Assembly: GCA_964106645.2 (NCBI GenBank)
Contig: OZ067048.1
Origin: Podarcis pityusensis
Lineage: Eukaryota
Direction: 5' to 3' (one strand)
Length of the DNA: 64,000 bases
Below are positions 1 to 13,601 of this stretch, one piece after another. Position numbers and translations under genes: made by a program. The notes under the pieces were generated by a model. The model did no database searches. It worked only from the letters and a program-made list of their open reading frames with translations, and was not told where the DNA came from. How positions within the stretch are numbered: the stretch's first letter is position 1; each line of letters opens with the position of its first letter.

Positions 1-808
1 TCATATTCCAGGAAATAGTGAAGTTGTCTCAAGGTCTCACACCTACTCTACCTTCATCTCCTGTGCATTTTTTCGCCCAAGTGATAAACAGCTTAAAAGC
101 TCAATATGTATCAGCAATTCTGTAGCAGTCTCTATTGGGTGTCCTTTCCTGATCTCATTTGCCTGCAGCAATTAACACACTCTCTCCAGAGCACAACTTC
201 AAAAACCAGCTGGCCAAAATTTACATGATGCTCAGTCATCAACCTCATACCTAACTTGTTTTGTGGGATAAATGGCCACCGGAGATTGTCTTTCAGAAAA
301 AGAGAGGGTTTCGCCTTTGGGGATGGTGTGGAAACATCTCGAGAAGAAGGTCCTTCATCAATGTGTGTCTGCATCTTAACTTTAAGTTTAATAATAGGAC
401 CAATTTCTCAAGGAACCATCAGATAGATAGGCATGTGTGTATATATGTATGTATCCCACCTTTCCACCAAGGCAGTTAGATGAGAGAAAAGGAATTGTAC
501 CTCTTCCTTTCTGAGTTGTCTGTTATGCTTGATGCCTCGAAACATGTACATTACTGAAGGGGGGAAAGGAGAAGAAGGGTGGTTTAACTGCTCTAAGTCT
601 GGCAGCACAAGAATAATCCTGTGTTCCCAGATGTCTGGAAAGTGACAGATCTGGCTAAGAGTGGGTACCAGGAGACTGGAAAGCCCAGCACACAAAAAAG
701 AAGAGGGTGGATTAGAGACCAGTCTTTAAATATCTTCCCACAGCCATATTCCTAAAGACACCCTCTGCCTTGAAAGAAAGAAACAATGGAATGGAATGGA
801 ATGGAATG

Positions 809-1058
809 GGAGCCAGTGTGGTACAGTGGTTAGAGTGTCAGGGTAGGACCTGGGAGGCCAGGGTTCAAATCCCTGGTCAACCATGAACCTCACTGGGCCA
901 CTTTGGACCAGTCACTGCCTCTCAGCCTAGCCAGCCTCACAGCGTTGCTGTGGATTAAATGAGGGATTAAATGAGGAGGGGGAAGAACCATCTACACCAC
1001 CTTGAGCTCATTCTGGAAAAGATGGGACATAAATGAACCATCCAAATAAACAAATAAA
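809..1058 (+). mobile_element. Older tRNA-derived SINE (MIR/Squam3-like)
   Basis: A/B boxes TGGTACAGTGG...GGTTCAAATCC and a TAAA-type tail. Confidence 0.7.
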
Positions 1059-1818
1059 GCGAAACAGAAAGTTGATGGCAATGTCGTACCTCTTATACAC
1101 AGTCGAAGGATGGGATTCTTTTTTAGATAGAACCTACAAAGACCTATGTAAAAACAGGGCAGCTAAACTTCCTCAGATGGGTGATTTGCAGCACAGCCGT
1201 TAACTGAAGTTTTGCCAAAAAAAGAAAAAAGAAATTTCCCTGGAAAAGTAATCATAAATAGCCATCGTCTTCCTGAGCACATACTCAATTAAATTATTCC
1301 CAGCATTTGGTAGGAAGTATGGAGGCATAACGCTATTGTCTTTCACAAACTAGAGTTGGAAATGTAGTGGGGGGGGGGGGGAGAGAACAGGATACTCTTT
1401 GTGCAGTTCCTTGTATAGTAATAATAATAATAATAATAATAATAGTTATTATTCTCTGCAGACAACATGCAAATCTCTTGGTAGGGGAGCGTATCCGGAA
1501 TCGGTTGAAAGCAGGCTCTTCTGATATAAAGGAATGAGTAGGAAAGTCCCAAAGGGTCCTCCTAGATTGCTGAAGGCGAAATTATAAAAACAAACAAACA
1601 TCATGGGTTCCTCCATTTAAAATAAGGCATGCAAGGAAGTCCCTCACCCCTGGCAAAGTATAGGTGGCAGACAAAAGGACACAAAATATTCTCATGTAAC
1701 AAAAGGATACATGTTTGCCCTTACAGAATTATCTCGTGTCTTGCCAAATAGCAGGACTATACAGGGCACAGTAGTGGTACTGAGACTCTGAAGCCTCAGT
1801 GACCTGTGGCTGTGTGAA

Positions 1819-2117
1819 CAGAGGTGTGGCATGGGGAAGCCAAGGCCCTGGGCACACATTTTTGAGGGGGCAAAATTGAGTGCTCCCACGACAGGCACAG
1901 AGCTCTAGCAGCTGAAGCGCAGTGGCAGACAGGTTGGTCTAGTGGGTGGGTGGGTGGGTGGAGGCAGCGGGCGAGAAGCCTGTTGGAGGCGGGCTCCACT
2001 CTGCACAGACTCCATGCACCACCACCCCAACGTGCACCCCTACCACAGCTGCCCAGTCCACCAATGGGAGCAACACTTGCCCTGCCCCGGGTGCCAGCAA
2101 TCCACACTACACCACTG
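1819..2117. mobile_element. Decayed GC-rich Harbinger-like MITE
   Basis: Imperfect TIRs CAGAGGTGTGGCATGG and CCACACTACACCACTG. Confidence 0.5.
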
Positions 2118-3046
2118 TGTCTGAGATCCCTGGCTCAAGGCAAGCTGTCTCGTTATGGAAAGCTGTGGAGTATTAAGGGATACTACTATACATATATGTT
2201 ATGTTCTTTCCACTGAATTCGGCTAGGAGATCTACATTCAAGGAAGTCTGTCTGCAATGCATTTCATGTCCCTAAAAACATCCATCAAATTCCTCTTATG
2301 TTTCACTGTTACATTTCTATCCTGGAAACTGGAATGACTTTGCAATTAACCTGACACTGAAGTCTAGATGCAGAAAGTAATAATTTTAATGTCACCTTTC
2401 AGCAACTGCTTTCAACTGTTAATGAACACTGCAGTGCACTGATTATCCCAATTATGTTTTCAACAATGTACCCACAATTATGTAACAAAATTTTGCAAAA
2501 ACTATTTAGAAACAATGCACAAATACGTTGCGCAGTTATCTAGAGCACAGCTCTGATGCCAAAAAAAAAAAAAAGGGAATGAACACACAGCATTTATTGC
2601 AGTACAATAGTTACAACAAACTGTGTTTATTTGTCTGCAAAATAGTTTACTGGGCATAAACTATTGATCTTTCTAATCAGGAGAGGTACATAACTTAAAG
2701 TTAAACAAAGAGATTGTTTCAGATAAACATTTACTATTAAAATATATCATGGTGCAGCAACATAAAACAGGTTCTTTTCCATGGTGGCCCCTTGGTTGCA
2801 GAATTCCCTCCTCATTGCAGAAAGGCTAGAGTCAGCCTGACTTGCCTTTTGGTGACAGCTTTTATGGCGGGCACCTGATGTTTAAGCTGTAAATTGGTGT
2901 TTCATTATGTATTTTTTTATTTTAAATGTTATATATCTATACCAATTTCACATGCTTTATCTGATTTGTTATTTGTTTGAACAGATTTTTTTGGTTGTTT
3001 TAATGATACTGTATGCTCCATCATGTGCTAGTATCAAGAATTGATG

Positions 3047-3080
3047 AAATCAAATCAAATCAAATCAAATCAAATCAAAT
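3047..3080. repeat. (AAATC)n microsatellite
   Basis: Direct reading. Confidence 0.9.
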
Positions 3081-4403
3081 AAATTATTTTTCCAATTTAT
3101 TTGTATATCACTTTTCAGCCAAAAAAGGGCTCCAAACTTCAAGCTACAGTAAGTCAACTCAAGGTCACACCAAAGAGCTCTAGATACAGAAGCGGATGCA
3201 AAATAATCTGAATATAAAAGGTTGCTGACATTGAAATTTTCATGCTTTGACTGCATGCCACTAATATCCTGAGCTGTATTTTCTACAAAAAGTAGAACAA
3301 TGGGGCCATATGCTCAGCTGGAAACTTTGACATTACTGTGATTTAATAATAAACAATTCAATTGTGTGTGTTCAGGCAGTTTTTAGAGATAGAACTCATA
3401 ATAAAATGTTATATAAAGACAGGGTGAAAAAAGAATTCTTTTCTTTTCCAGAGTATCTACTAAGCAGTTGTGTTTTTCAGAAGGTAAAACAAGAGTCTGT
3501 TAGACAGGCACAAAGGGACATGTTACTATCGGAGATAAATATTCCTTTACTCCAAAACAGTTTAATGGACTCACTTAGGCTATTAAATATAATACTGTCC
3601 TGTTTATGTGTTCCCTACTCAGATTATATCGATTTGAGTTCAGGTTGCTACTTGAGGAGATGTTCCTAATGATGTGCCTCTGGTAGAGCTTAAAAAGAAA
3701 TATTCCTGCATTATTATTATTTTTAAAAAATATGACACTGGATTCATTTCTATGTATTAAAAAGTGCCATAACAGCCTCTGTGACTTTGCTGACTAACAG
3801 CCTCATCATTAAAATCTAATTAAAAAACAACAACACTCTTTGTAAATGGATGTTCTATGCAAATGTTCCTGTTTTAAATAAAACACAAGGCAGTGCCTGG
3901 CTGCTAATATGGATCAGAATGAAATAAACTGTTTGCAAATGTTAAAAAGGGAAGCTTTCCTTTACCTTCCAGATAAAATATATTATTTTATGAGGGTATG
4001 TCTTACATGTTAGCACAACATTGCTACTAAAGTGGCAATTGTTGTATCATCAGGACGTCATTAGAAATGATATGATTACCCACCTGCTATCTTGGTGGTA
4101 TTGGAGACAAGTTCCTTCAACATTCAAGGACTTTCCTGATCTTTGGGCCATAGGTGATAATACTGCTAGCCTGCCTCTTAGCCTACACTTGGTGATGTGA
4201 TCTACAGCATTTATATACTGCTTAATTTTTTTTTTAATCTAAGTACTGTACGGTCTACTATATATTGTTACACGCCACCCACAATCTCCACTGCAGTGTG
4301 TGATTCCAGAGAGTTCCAGGCGTTTGCTCAGGGGTTCATGTTTCCTTTGGAAATGGCACACAAATGTGGTATCTTTATGATATATGGTTTATTTGCACAT
4401 ATA

Positions 4404-4634
4404 CAGTGGTACCTCAGGATACAGACGCTTCTGGTTACAGACGCTTCAAGTTACAGACTCCACTCACGCAGAAATAGTGCCTTGGGTTAAGAACTTTACC
4501 TCAGGATGAGAACAGAAATTGCGCGGCAGCGGCACAAGGCCCCATTAGCTGAAGTGGTACCCCAGGTTAAGAACAGTTTCAGGTTAAGAACGGACCTCCG
4601 GAACAAATTAAGTTCTTAACCCGAGGTACCACTG
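4404..4634. mobile_element. Tc1/mariner (Tigger-like) MITE, family A
   Basis: TIR CAGTGGTACCTC and TA TSD. Further copies at 38512-38736 and 59814-60055. Confidence 0.88.
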
Positions 4635-6123
4635 TACACAGCCTGAACCTGCTCCCAGCTTTACACTCCAAGAAGGTCTCGCTTTTCCCATAGGCACAAT
4701 CCTCTCTGTTGCCTAGCAGTCTGCCCTGCTCTCCTGCTCACAGGTTAACTTCTAACCTTTCCTCTAGAGCACACCAGGGAAAACTGCAATGCTTTTTTTA
4801 ATGCTATAACTTAAATTTATTGATTGGTAAATACAGAAAGAAAAAACAAAGAAAGAAATAAGCACAAAAAAGGAGGAAAAAAAATACAATTAATTGACTT
4901 CCCATCCATCCTTCCATGGTTTCCTTTGATTATGGCTACATATTCTAGTTTAACCAAATCAATCTTACATGTCTGCTCCCCTTCCCTGAGGGGCAGTGTT
5001 GTGGGAGGACATCCAGGACCACCTAGTGACCCAGCTGGAGTGCGGAGGGATGCCACCTGCATCATTGGGGTGTGGCCACTTGATGTTTAAACTGCAGCAA
5101 TCTTACATCTTTATTTCCCTCCATAAAATTATAAACTTAACATTTTTCCAAGGACAAACTGCAGTCCTGGAACTCTGCCACAGGCCTTTGTTCTTTTACC
5201 CAACTTTTACCCAATGAGGGGCTTCACACATTTTCCGGCTGGCATAGACTCTCCGCTTTGTTAATCACCCATCCTTTTGCTCCCTTTGTTTGCTTTACTA
5301 CTCAGTCATTTGCAGAGCAGCCCTGTGTTCCTTTTCCACTGTGCCACAAACACAGAGATCCAGCAGGCACTGCTACCACTACTGCAACTATTATCTAGCT
5401 CAGGGTTTTCTTAAGCTTGAACAAGCAAGTAACATTACCAGTCATTCACTTGGGAACCCTCTTCCACAAAGCCTGGGGTGGAAGAGGTAGTGGCAGCTGT
5501 GTCCATGCCCAGAGCAGGCATGTATGGACCTGAGGGGATTTGTTTTCCCAAAGCCTAAACTTCATCCCTTCAGCGATCAACGAGGTAAGACTAGAGTGCT
5601 TTTGATTTGTAGGAAGAACAGGCCCAAGGTGTCCCAGCATCACCAACAACGTCTCCCCAATGCTGTCTATAAATATGCAATACTGTCTATGCTAGTACCT
5701 TTGCTATGGGACAGCTCCCATGGTTTATGGACTAAGCACCTCCAATCAGTGTTCGAAACTGCCAGTGTTCTAGGTGCATTTTGCGACAGGAAATTTCATT
5801 AGCGCGAGCAGTTTCTGAGCTCTGGGCGCAGTACTGCGCCTAAGATTTCAGATTATAACTGTAGAGTGGTAGGAAAGGAGGACCTTTTTCTGCCTTCCCA
5901 CTTCCAGCTACTCTCTGAAGACTGGAGAAGAGACCCTCTTAAGAATATTAGGGGAGTGGGCAGGGGAAGGACTAGACCATGTGAAAAATGAACATAATAT
6001 TTTGGCTGCAGTTCATTCATTTTCAGCTTTGTATTATTGTTATTAAAAAAGCATGCCTGGACATTCTGTTGTTGCGCCCATAACTTAGGTTTAAGGTGCC
6101 ATTAGCTCCTAGCTTTCATATCT

Positions 6124-6566
6124 GGCAGGTGTGAGGTATTGGCGGTGAGCGAGTGGCTCGTGTGGCAGTTAGGCATTGGATTAGTGGTGTGGGGGGGAGG
6201 GGAGGTGCAGCCATCACCTGTCCCTCCATGATCAAGGGTATTCCATTAAAGGAATCCGGGGGTCTGGATTTCATCTGAAGCCCGCAGAGGGGTGAGGTCC
6301 ATGCCACGTCCCACCGGGAGCCCCAGGGTAGAGCTCAAGTTGATTGCCATCGACCAAGCTCCCTCTTTGGGTGGTTACCCTTACCAGTCTCCCTGCAAGG
6401 CGGGCAGGAGTCAGTTATAGTTTGGATGCCAATGCCTAAGCCAACACAGCTCACATTCTGTAATCAATAAAGTTGTGGCCAAATTTTGCCCATTAACGTT
6501 TAAACTTAAATCATGTGTCATTGTGTCTTTCACAGGGGGGTGGGCTGGATTGTGGCCTTTATGTGC
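6124..6566. mobile_element. Unclassified 440-bp insertion between 42/44-bp direct repeats
   Basis: Direct repeats at 6082-6123 and 6567-6610, an internal AATAAA and an inverted repeat. Confidence 0.55.
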
Positions 6567-6951
6567 AACCTAGGTTTAAGGTCCCATTTAGCTCCTAGCC
6601 TTTCATATCTCAGTTTCTAACACTGCCTCCAATGGTGAAGTGATGGCTTTGGAAAAGCAACAGTAATTCCTACTACTGGCCATGCTGTCTGGGAATGTTG
6701 TGAGTTGGGAGACAGCAATATTAGCCACTCCTGCTTTAATGGAAGAAGCTGGGGGCTTTCTGAATGCAAAGTGTGCACTCTACCATGGAGCTATGGCTCT
6801 TCTAGTCTTATCTGCACCTCCTTCCTCCCACAGTACGCAGAGCCATCTACTAACTGGGCATGGTGAGGGGTGGTCTAAGAGTATATACATTAGACTAACT
6901 TCCATAAGTTCGTATTTCCCACAAATCAAATTCATCTGTGTTTCAACAGTA

Positions 6952-7115
6952 AAGGTACCCCTGCCCGTACGGGCCAGTCTAGCCAGACTCTAGGGTTGTG
7001 CGCCCATCTCACTTAAGAGGCCGGGGGCCAGCGCTGTCCGAAGACACTTCCGGGTCACGTGGCCAGTGTGACAAGCTGCATCTGGCGAGCCAGTGCAGCA
7101 CACGGAACGCCGTTA
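6952..7115 (-). mobile_element. 5'-truncated Sauria SINE variant or Bov-B-related 3' end
   Basis: Homologous to the 3' half of the other copies but divergent. TSD GTTTCAACAGTA (6940-6951 and 7116-7127). Confidence 0.8.
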
Positions 7116-7997
7116 GTTTCAACAGTAGCACCCACATTATCTCCTCTTGGTGTTGTCGCGCAGCCAGTGATAACTGGTATTATCTAATGGGAACATCATA
7201 AGAAGCTTTTTCACAGCTTCCTCCCTTCTTCAATTAAAAGGCAAGGCCTCAGTGAGTATGTTGCTATTTCCTGACTCTTACACACACACACACCGCCTAG
7301 CAGCAATCTTCAGTTCCCCATTGTACTCTTTTCTTATGCCTCTGCTAAATTTGCATTCCTTAATTTGCCATAATTTGCTTATTAGATAGTAACTTAATGG
7401 CTCATGTTTTCAAGATCTTGCTGTGCTCAATAGCAGCTGAAGCCGACAACAATATCACTCCCTTTTGTCGGAAGAGCAAGATTGCTTTGACGTGCACAGA
7501 TCATATTAAGTGCATACGAGGCTTGATTCATAATAGAATACAACACAACACTGTGCCTGTTCAAGCATTGCATCCCAGAGGAAATTCTCAACCCAGCATG
7601 AAGCGCGCGCGCACACACACCCCCTCTGCTTCTCTCTCTCTCTCACACACACACCTACTTTCTTCCAATGGGGAGAGGAAAGGCTTAACAAATGAATAGG
7701 GATTTGCAACATTTTCTGAAACAGTTTCCCCTAGGCCATACAATTTTTAAGTTCCATTATTTTTGTGGTCAGGGCAATATGTATGTAGTACTTTTCAGTT
7801 TGTTCTTACTGTTCTGCCCACAGAAAGTGTGGTACCCAAGAATCCAAGACTCATATAATATAATTTGATTTAAATATTCTTTAAAGTCAGCATAGCTTAA
7901 TATGTTTTGCACTTCTAAGCTCTTACGGATGAGTGCAGATCAATTATAAAGGTTGCTGTTGTTGTTGTTAAAGGTTTCCATAACAAGAGAAGAGGAT

Positions 7998-8024
<27 letters not shown>
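7998..8024. repeat. (CA)n microsatellite
   Basis: Direct reading. Confidence 0.9.
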
Positions 8025-8029
<5 letters not shown>

Positions 8030-8268
8030 TACAATTTCATTTAAAATATTACATTTTTCTAAATTTTAACAACCACATAATACTCATATATTTTCTTCTA
8101 GGCAACATTATTTCTGAAAAGTCCTGTTGTACACTCTGCTAAATATGACACTAAAAATACTAAATATGTCCAATTAGGAAAAGGGAACTGCCTCAACCAA
8201 AGCCATGTTGACCCAGCATCATTTATACCCAACTGTAGTATCAACTCCATGAATTGTTCCCAATCAGA

Positions 8269-8777
8269 AGCATTTTTGTTAGGAATGGTAGGAAATGAAA
8301 TAAACAGAAAAGACGACAAGCTTTTTCTATACACAGTAACAGCGGCAAGAATACTGCTAGCCCAAAAATGGAAACAGGAAGAATTACCGTCGATGGAAGA
8401 ATGGAGAATGAAGTTAATGGAATACGCAGAACTTGATAAACTAACAGGAAGGATCCGAGGCCTACGAGACCACAGATTCACTGAAGACTGGAGTAAATTT
8501 GTAGACTATTTGAAAAGTATTTGCGATGAACAATTAACGTTTGTAGGTTTGCAAGGGGCTCTGTGAAAATAATATCAGAAATATTGTAAAAAAGGGAACA
8601 AGAGGGAGGAGGTTTTTAATAATAGGCAATATTAGATTAAGAAACGCGGAAGAAGGACTAAAACGGAGGATTTGCAGAAGAGCTGAGGGAACTCCAAAAA
8701 ATGTATTTGTGAAAAATTGTGTTATGTGTTTTTATATTTTTGTATTGTAAAATGAATAAAAAATAATACAAAAAAAA
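8269..8777 (+). mobile_element. 5'-truncated L1 (ORF2 C-terminus, 3' UTR, poly(A))
   Basis: EAFLLG...TAARILLAQKWK...EEW...DWSKFVDYL, AATAAA plus A tail, 18-bp TSD GAATTGTTCCCAATCAGA. Confidence 0.9.
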
Positions 8778-11471
8778 GAATTGTTCCCAATCAGAGCCAG
8801 CAGGTTTCTCAGTTTTTCTAGTCACTGCATTCTTTTCCTATAGCACCATATCAGAAAAGGCCTACTTTTCAGTAGCAGCTGGTGTGATGGGGCAAAGATG
8901 TGGGACTGCACTCCTCACATAGGCATTGCTACAACTTACATGGACAGAACTGGGGCAGGGAGATGGCAACGACAGGGTTTAACAGATACCCAAGCAGGCC
9001 TGCCAGATGAGCTCTGCTGGTGTGCCCCATCACTGCTTTTAAACAAGAAGTTAAAGAGACACTTTCCCTCTGCTTAGCTAGGAAAATATAGGTCTTTGTG
9101 GGTTCATCTGGTGGCATAAACACTTAATTAGTGAACTCAGTACATCAGAGAAGGCTGGGAAAAAGAGGGGCAGGGAGACAAGTCCAAAAATGGGAGAGTA
9201 ACACCAACCTATGCAGGTCCTTCATGAAGGTTTGGCTTCCCTACTCTCTCTCTAATGCCCCTGTACTTCTTGATTCTGGTAATATTTAATGGGATGGAGC
9301 AACCTTGTTCCATCACATTAAACAGTAATGAAGTAAGTGGCTGGTAGAGGTTCTGGCAGCCAAATATTCAGCATGCCAAAACTATTTTCAACTGGATCTT
9401 TTGCTGCCATGATGCCTGGTTGATAAAGCTTTGCTCAGCCAGGAGACAATTCTCTTCTGGCCATGGAAAGCATTCGTCAGCCAGGGAAGCTGGCCCATCT
9501 TTTCTGCCATGGATTTTCATCCAAACAGAATAATGTCAGTAAAGCTCGCCTTGCCTTTGGAGCATGCTTTTTATGAGTTCCTAAAAGACTTCCCTAAACC
9601 TGGCTCACGAAAACTTTGCAAGCATCTCTGAATTAAGACCATCCTCAAATGGCCCCCTATGGTCCCTTCACAACTGAAATTGAAGCAAGTACAGGACCTG
9701 TTCCAATGGAACACCATGACTCTCCCAAGAATTATAGAATCATAGAACTGCAGATTTCCTTTCCTTTCAGAAGGAGGCAAAGATCCTTGCTTTTTAGTTT
9801 TTAATCCTGATTTTTAATTCTGAAAGCCTGTCTGCTTTGTTGTTTGATGTATTCCTCCCCCATAAATGGCTCTGATGGTCTTAAATTCTCCCCTAACAAT
9901 CCAACAGCAAACAAAATAACTGCATGACATACAGAATTTCATGTATAGGTTTCTTCCATCACTACATCTTTGAACCAGACTTTTAAAAACCCAAAAACCC
10001 TGCAACTGTTTCATTTCTGGTTTTTTGTCTCGATTTTTGTGCAGCTCCACAGGAGTCCTACCAGGTATAATGGCGGCAACTCTCTACCTCTGTAACTAAC
10101 AGGTGATATGAGCTTATTTAACAGAGTAATCAACAAAGCTATGGGGAGCAAGGGCCCCAGAAAAGTGCTGCTGAAAAATGTTCAGATGCTAGAGTGAAAA
10201 GATCATTCATGTTGCTGCGTGGAATGTCACAGTTTTTCTTCTTGGGAAGATCTGAAGATGGGGAAAGTTGAATTTAAAAGACTGGCTTAAACATTACAGC
10301 TGAGTAAAAACCCCAGCCTTTTAAAACAGGGCCTGCATTTGAATCCTTTCAACTACTTGTGAGAAAAGTCACACAGAGAACAATTGGAAAAGGCATTCAG
10401 ATGTTTGGCTCTACTCTCTGCTTCTGAGTGCAGTCTTTCCTTGGATGTAAGTATAATGCAAATATTGCCAGCATGTGTTATCAAGAACAGGGATGAGAGA
10501 ATCTGTCAATTGTGGTTTCTCTAAGTTGCTCATTTCTCTAATCTTTTGTTCAGTTCTCCCCATTTCCATGTCAGCTGCCGTGAAAATTAATTAGTGCAAA
10601 TTTCTCCAAATCCACACATTTTTGCAAAGCTACTTCTCCAGATAGAATGCATTCTGGTATGTCATTTTCATGAATATATGCATTTTTTTTGCACACTTTA
10701 CCTTCACATAGGCATTTTTGTAGACACTGTACAGCCATTTCAAAGGATGGCTGTATTTCAGTTCATGCAATGTTTTGGAAATTAAGCATTTTTACCTTTA
10801 AATGAGAACTGAATCAAATCCTTCTCCCACGCTCAATCCCTATCCGAGTGGAAAGAAGTTGAACTTCTATCGATACTCTCACAGGAAAAATATGAAGGGT
10901 TTAGTTTGTTTGCTTGTGGGTAACTATAGACTGGGGAAGATGACGGAAAAGCTGAAAGGAGAGTTCTCTGTGGAAGTTAATGTATGCTTGATTTGTTTCT
11001 AGATTATTTCATTTTTTTAAAAAAACCATTTACTGCATTAGAGCTATTTTTTTTCAAAAAGATTGTTCATTTGATTGTTAGCTGTGCTTGTGTAATATAC
11101 TTAAAATTTTGAAATGACTTGTGAACGTATGCGGATATAAGAAAGAGCCCCATCATAACAATATCAGGTACACTTGCAAAATGGACAAAACCTTCTGGTA
11201 CATATTTAAAATGGTTTTAATGGGGTACATAGAAGAGCCCGTTGGATCAGGCCAATGGCCATTCTAGTCCAGCATCTTCTCTCATAGCGGCCACCCAGAT
11301 TCTTATCGAAAACCTGCAAGCAGGACTCCAGCCCAAGAACACTCTCCTGTCCTGCCGTTTCCAGCAATGGGCATGTGGAAGCTTCTAACTTTGGTGGCAG
11401 AGCCAAGTCAATCTCCAAATTGATACAATGTTTTGAATGAGATTTAAAAGCTGATCTATACAAACGGTGAT

Positions 11472-11827
11472 GGGATGCAGGTGGCGCTGTGGGTTAAACC
11501 ACAGAGCCTAGGACTTGCCGATCAGAAGGTCGGCGGTTCGATTCCCCGTGACGGGGTGAACTCCCGTTGCTTGGTCCCTGCGCCTGCCCACCTAGCAGTT
11601 CAAAAACTCGAAGTGCAAATAGATAAATAGTGCAAATAGATACCTCCAGCGGGAAGGTAAACGGCATTTCGGTGCGCTGCTCTGGTTCGCCAGAAGCGGC
11701 TTAGTCATGCTGGCCACATGACCCGGAAGCTGTACGCTGGCTCCCTCGGCCAATAAAGCGAGATGAGCGCCGCAACTCCAGAGTCGGTCACAACTGGACC
11801 TAATGGTCAGGGGTCCCTTTACCTTTT
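11472..11827 (+). mobile_element. Sauria SINE, full length
   Basis: tRNA-like head with A/B boxes (GGTGGCGCTGTGG...GGTTCGATTCCC), ACCTTT tail, 14-bp TSD TATACAA(A/G)CGGTGA. Confidence 0.92.
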
Positions 11828-13307
11828 TATACAAGCGGTGAACATTTCAGGTGCAACCAATTGACATGCGATCGCCAACACGTGAGTTATTTTGGACATG
11901 GAAGAGGGCAGAATGGGGGTGGAATGGGGCAGGCTTATGAACACACCCGACATGCACAGGGACTGGAAATGGAACCCCCCGCACAATATGGTCACCGCCT
12001 GGATTAGATTAATATTCAAACGTTCTATCAGCGAAGAGAATATTCTGTTGGATCCAGAGAAATGTGTGCTTAATAGGACCTTCTCCACCAGAGGCTCTTG
12101 GAGAAGGCTTCCCAGGGGATCAGGGGACATTGCTGGATGGGATAAAGCAGTGGGCTGAGAGGAAAAAGAGGGGTTATGAAAAAAAATGGCTGAGGGCAAC
12201 CTCTGTTTTCAGATATTCTCTGCTCTCTCAGACCCCTGTGCCACAGCTCATGGGGGAGGTTTTCTGCCAGGGAGGAGGAGTATTAAAGTTTGCTTCTTCC
12301 AGTTTCTTATGCATGCATTTCTCTGCATCCAACCCACTACATACTTGACAGTTAAATTTGCATAGGGCACATATACTGACAGCAAGTTCAGTATGAAAAT
12401 CCTATCATTTCATAAAGCATCTTCAATCCACAGGGTATCTCCCATTTAATAAGCAAGCAATGCTTAATGGACTGAAAAACCTGCTAATTCTAGCCACAAA
12501 TATGCTATGATACCATTTTTTAAAAAAGAAAAGAGGAAAAAGCGAAACAGGAAAACACACAGCACAGCAATGCAGCACAATGAAGAAATAAATCCTAGAA
12601 AGAAGTGTCTCTAAGGAAGACTTAATACATCACAACAGACAAGAATTCGACTTTTGTGACAAAGTGACTAATGCAATTCTTAATGCATAAACAGAGGAAC
12701 TAGGGCAATAGGAGCTAGACATGATTTTTACACAATTAGGTAAGCTGAAATTAGAATAGCAACTTTGTCTATATTTTCTAAATTGACACAGAAACTTTTG
12801 GGGAGGATTTAAAAAGAGGTACAAGAAGGATTGAGAGAAAAACAAATCACGAAGAGGTATTCCATGTCTGGCCTGTTAAGCTTATCCATTTTCTTGATTG
12901 TACAGAAGAATTATAGCTACTAAAGGCCTGTTTCAGAAAAAGAAATTTAACACATACAGCTGGAGGACAGAAACACAACTTTCAAATAAGAGTGTTTAAT
13001 ATTGGGATTAGCTGGTTCTGTTATAAATTAGAAGGTTTCAAATAATTCCTCATAAAGTGGCTCTGTCCCATAAAAAGAGGAAAGGGAGGTCACCAAATCA
13101 AATCATTGCCAATGTTTGCCTCTGCCTGGACTAAATGAGTGGGAAACGTTTTCAGGCAAACAAGCATGACTTTATCGAAAGCATACTCCATTGTGGTAAG
13201 AACAGAATTATCATAAACCTTTCCAGTGCTATTCTTTCACTCTAGTGAAAATTTTAGTTATGAGTTCTATTGTGCCAAGGACAGGCCAGTCTTTTCCAGA
13301 CACTTAC

Positions 13308-13601
13308 CCTCTGACAGCATGAATAAGTCTCAGTGATGGATAGGCAGTTCGCACTTTCAATTTATTCTTAAGGATTAATGCATTAACCCACTCCACATGC
13401 TTCTCTCCGCCTTTGACCATGAAAGCAGGGATCCAAAGGACACTGTCATTCAGCATGGATAGCCTATGCACAAATTTCTCTCTGTCACTCTCATTCCGAA
13501 AGCCTCCAAATGCTCTTTGTACAACTGATGGGTTCATGGTAATAAAATCTGATTTAGTCCCCACATCGGCAGCATACTCCACCACGGGAGCTAGATTGCA
13601 C
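13308..13601 (-). CDS. ST8SIA4: ST8SIA4 coding exon 4 (294 nt): rest of sialylmotif L and start of the polysialyltransferase domain
   Basis: Acceptor CTTCAG|G, donor GG|GTAAGT. Encodes [25 protein letters not shown]...[21 protein letters not shown] with sequons N204 and N219. The final exon (sialylmotifs S and VS) is not in the window. Confidence 0.98.

Noticed and set aside
1-13307. Final ST8SIA4 coding exon (YWLTNKV…, sialylmotifs S and VS)
   Set aside because: No matching ORF in the track, although it would exceed 60 aa from its internal Met. It must lie left of the window, so this is not evidence of gene truncation.
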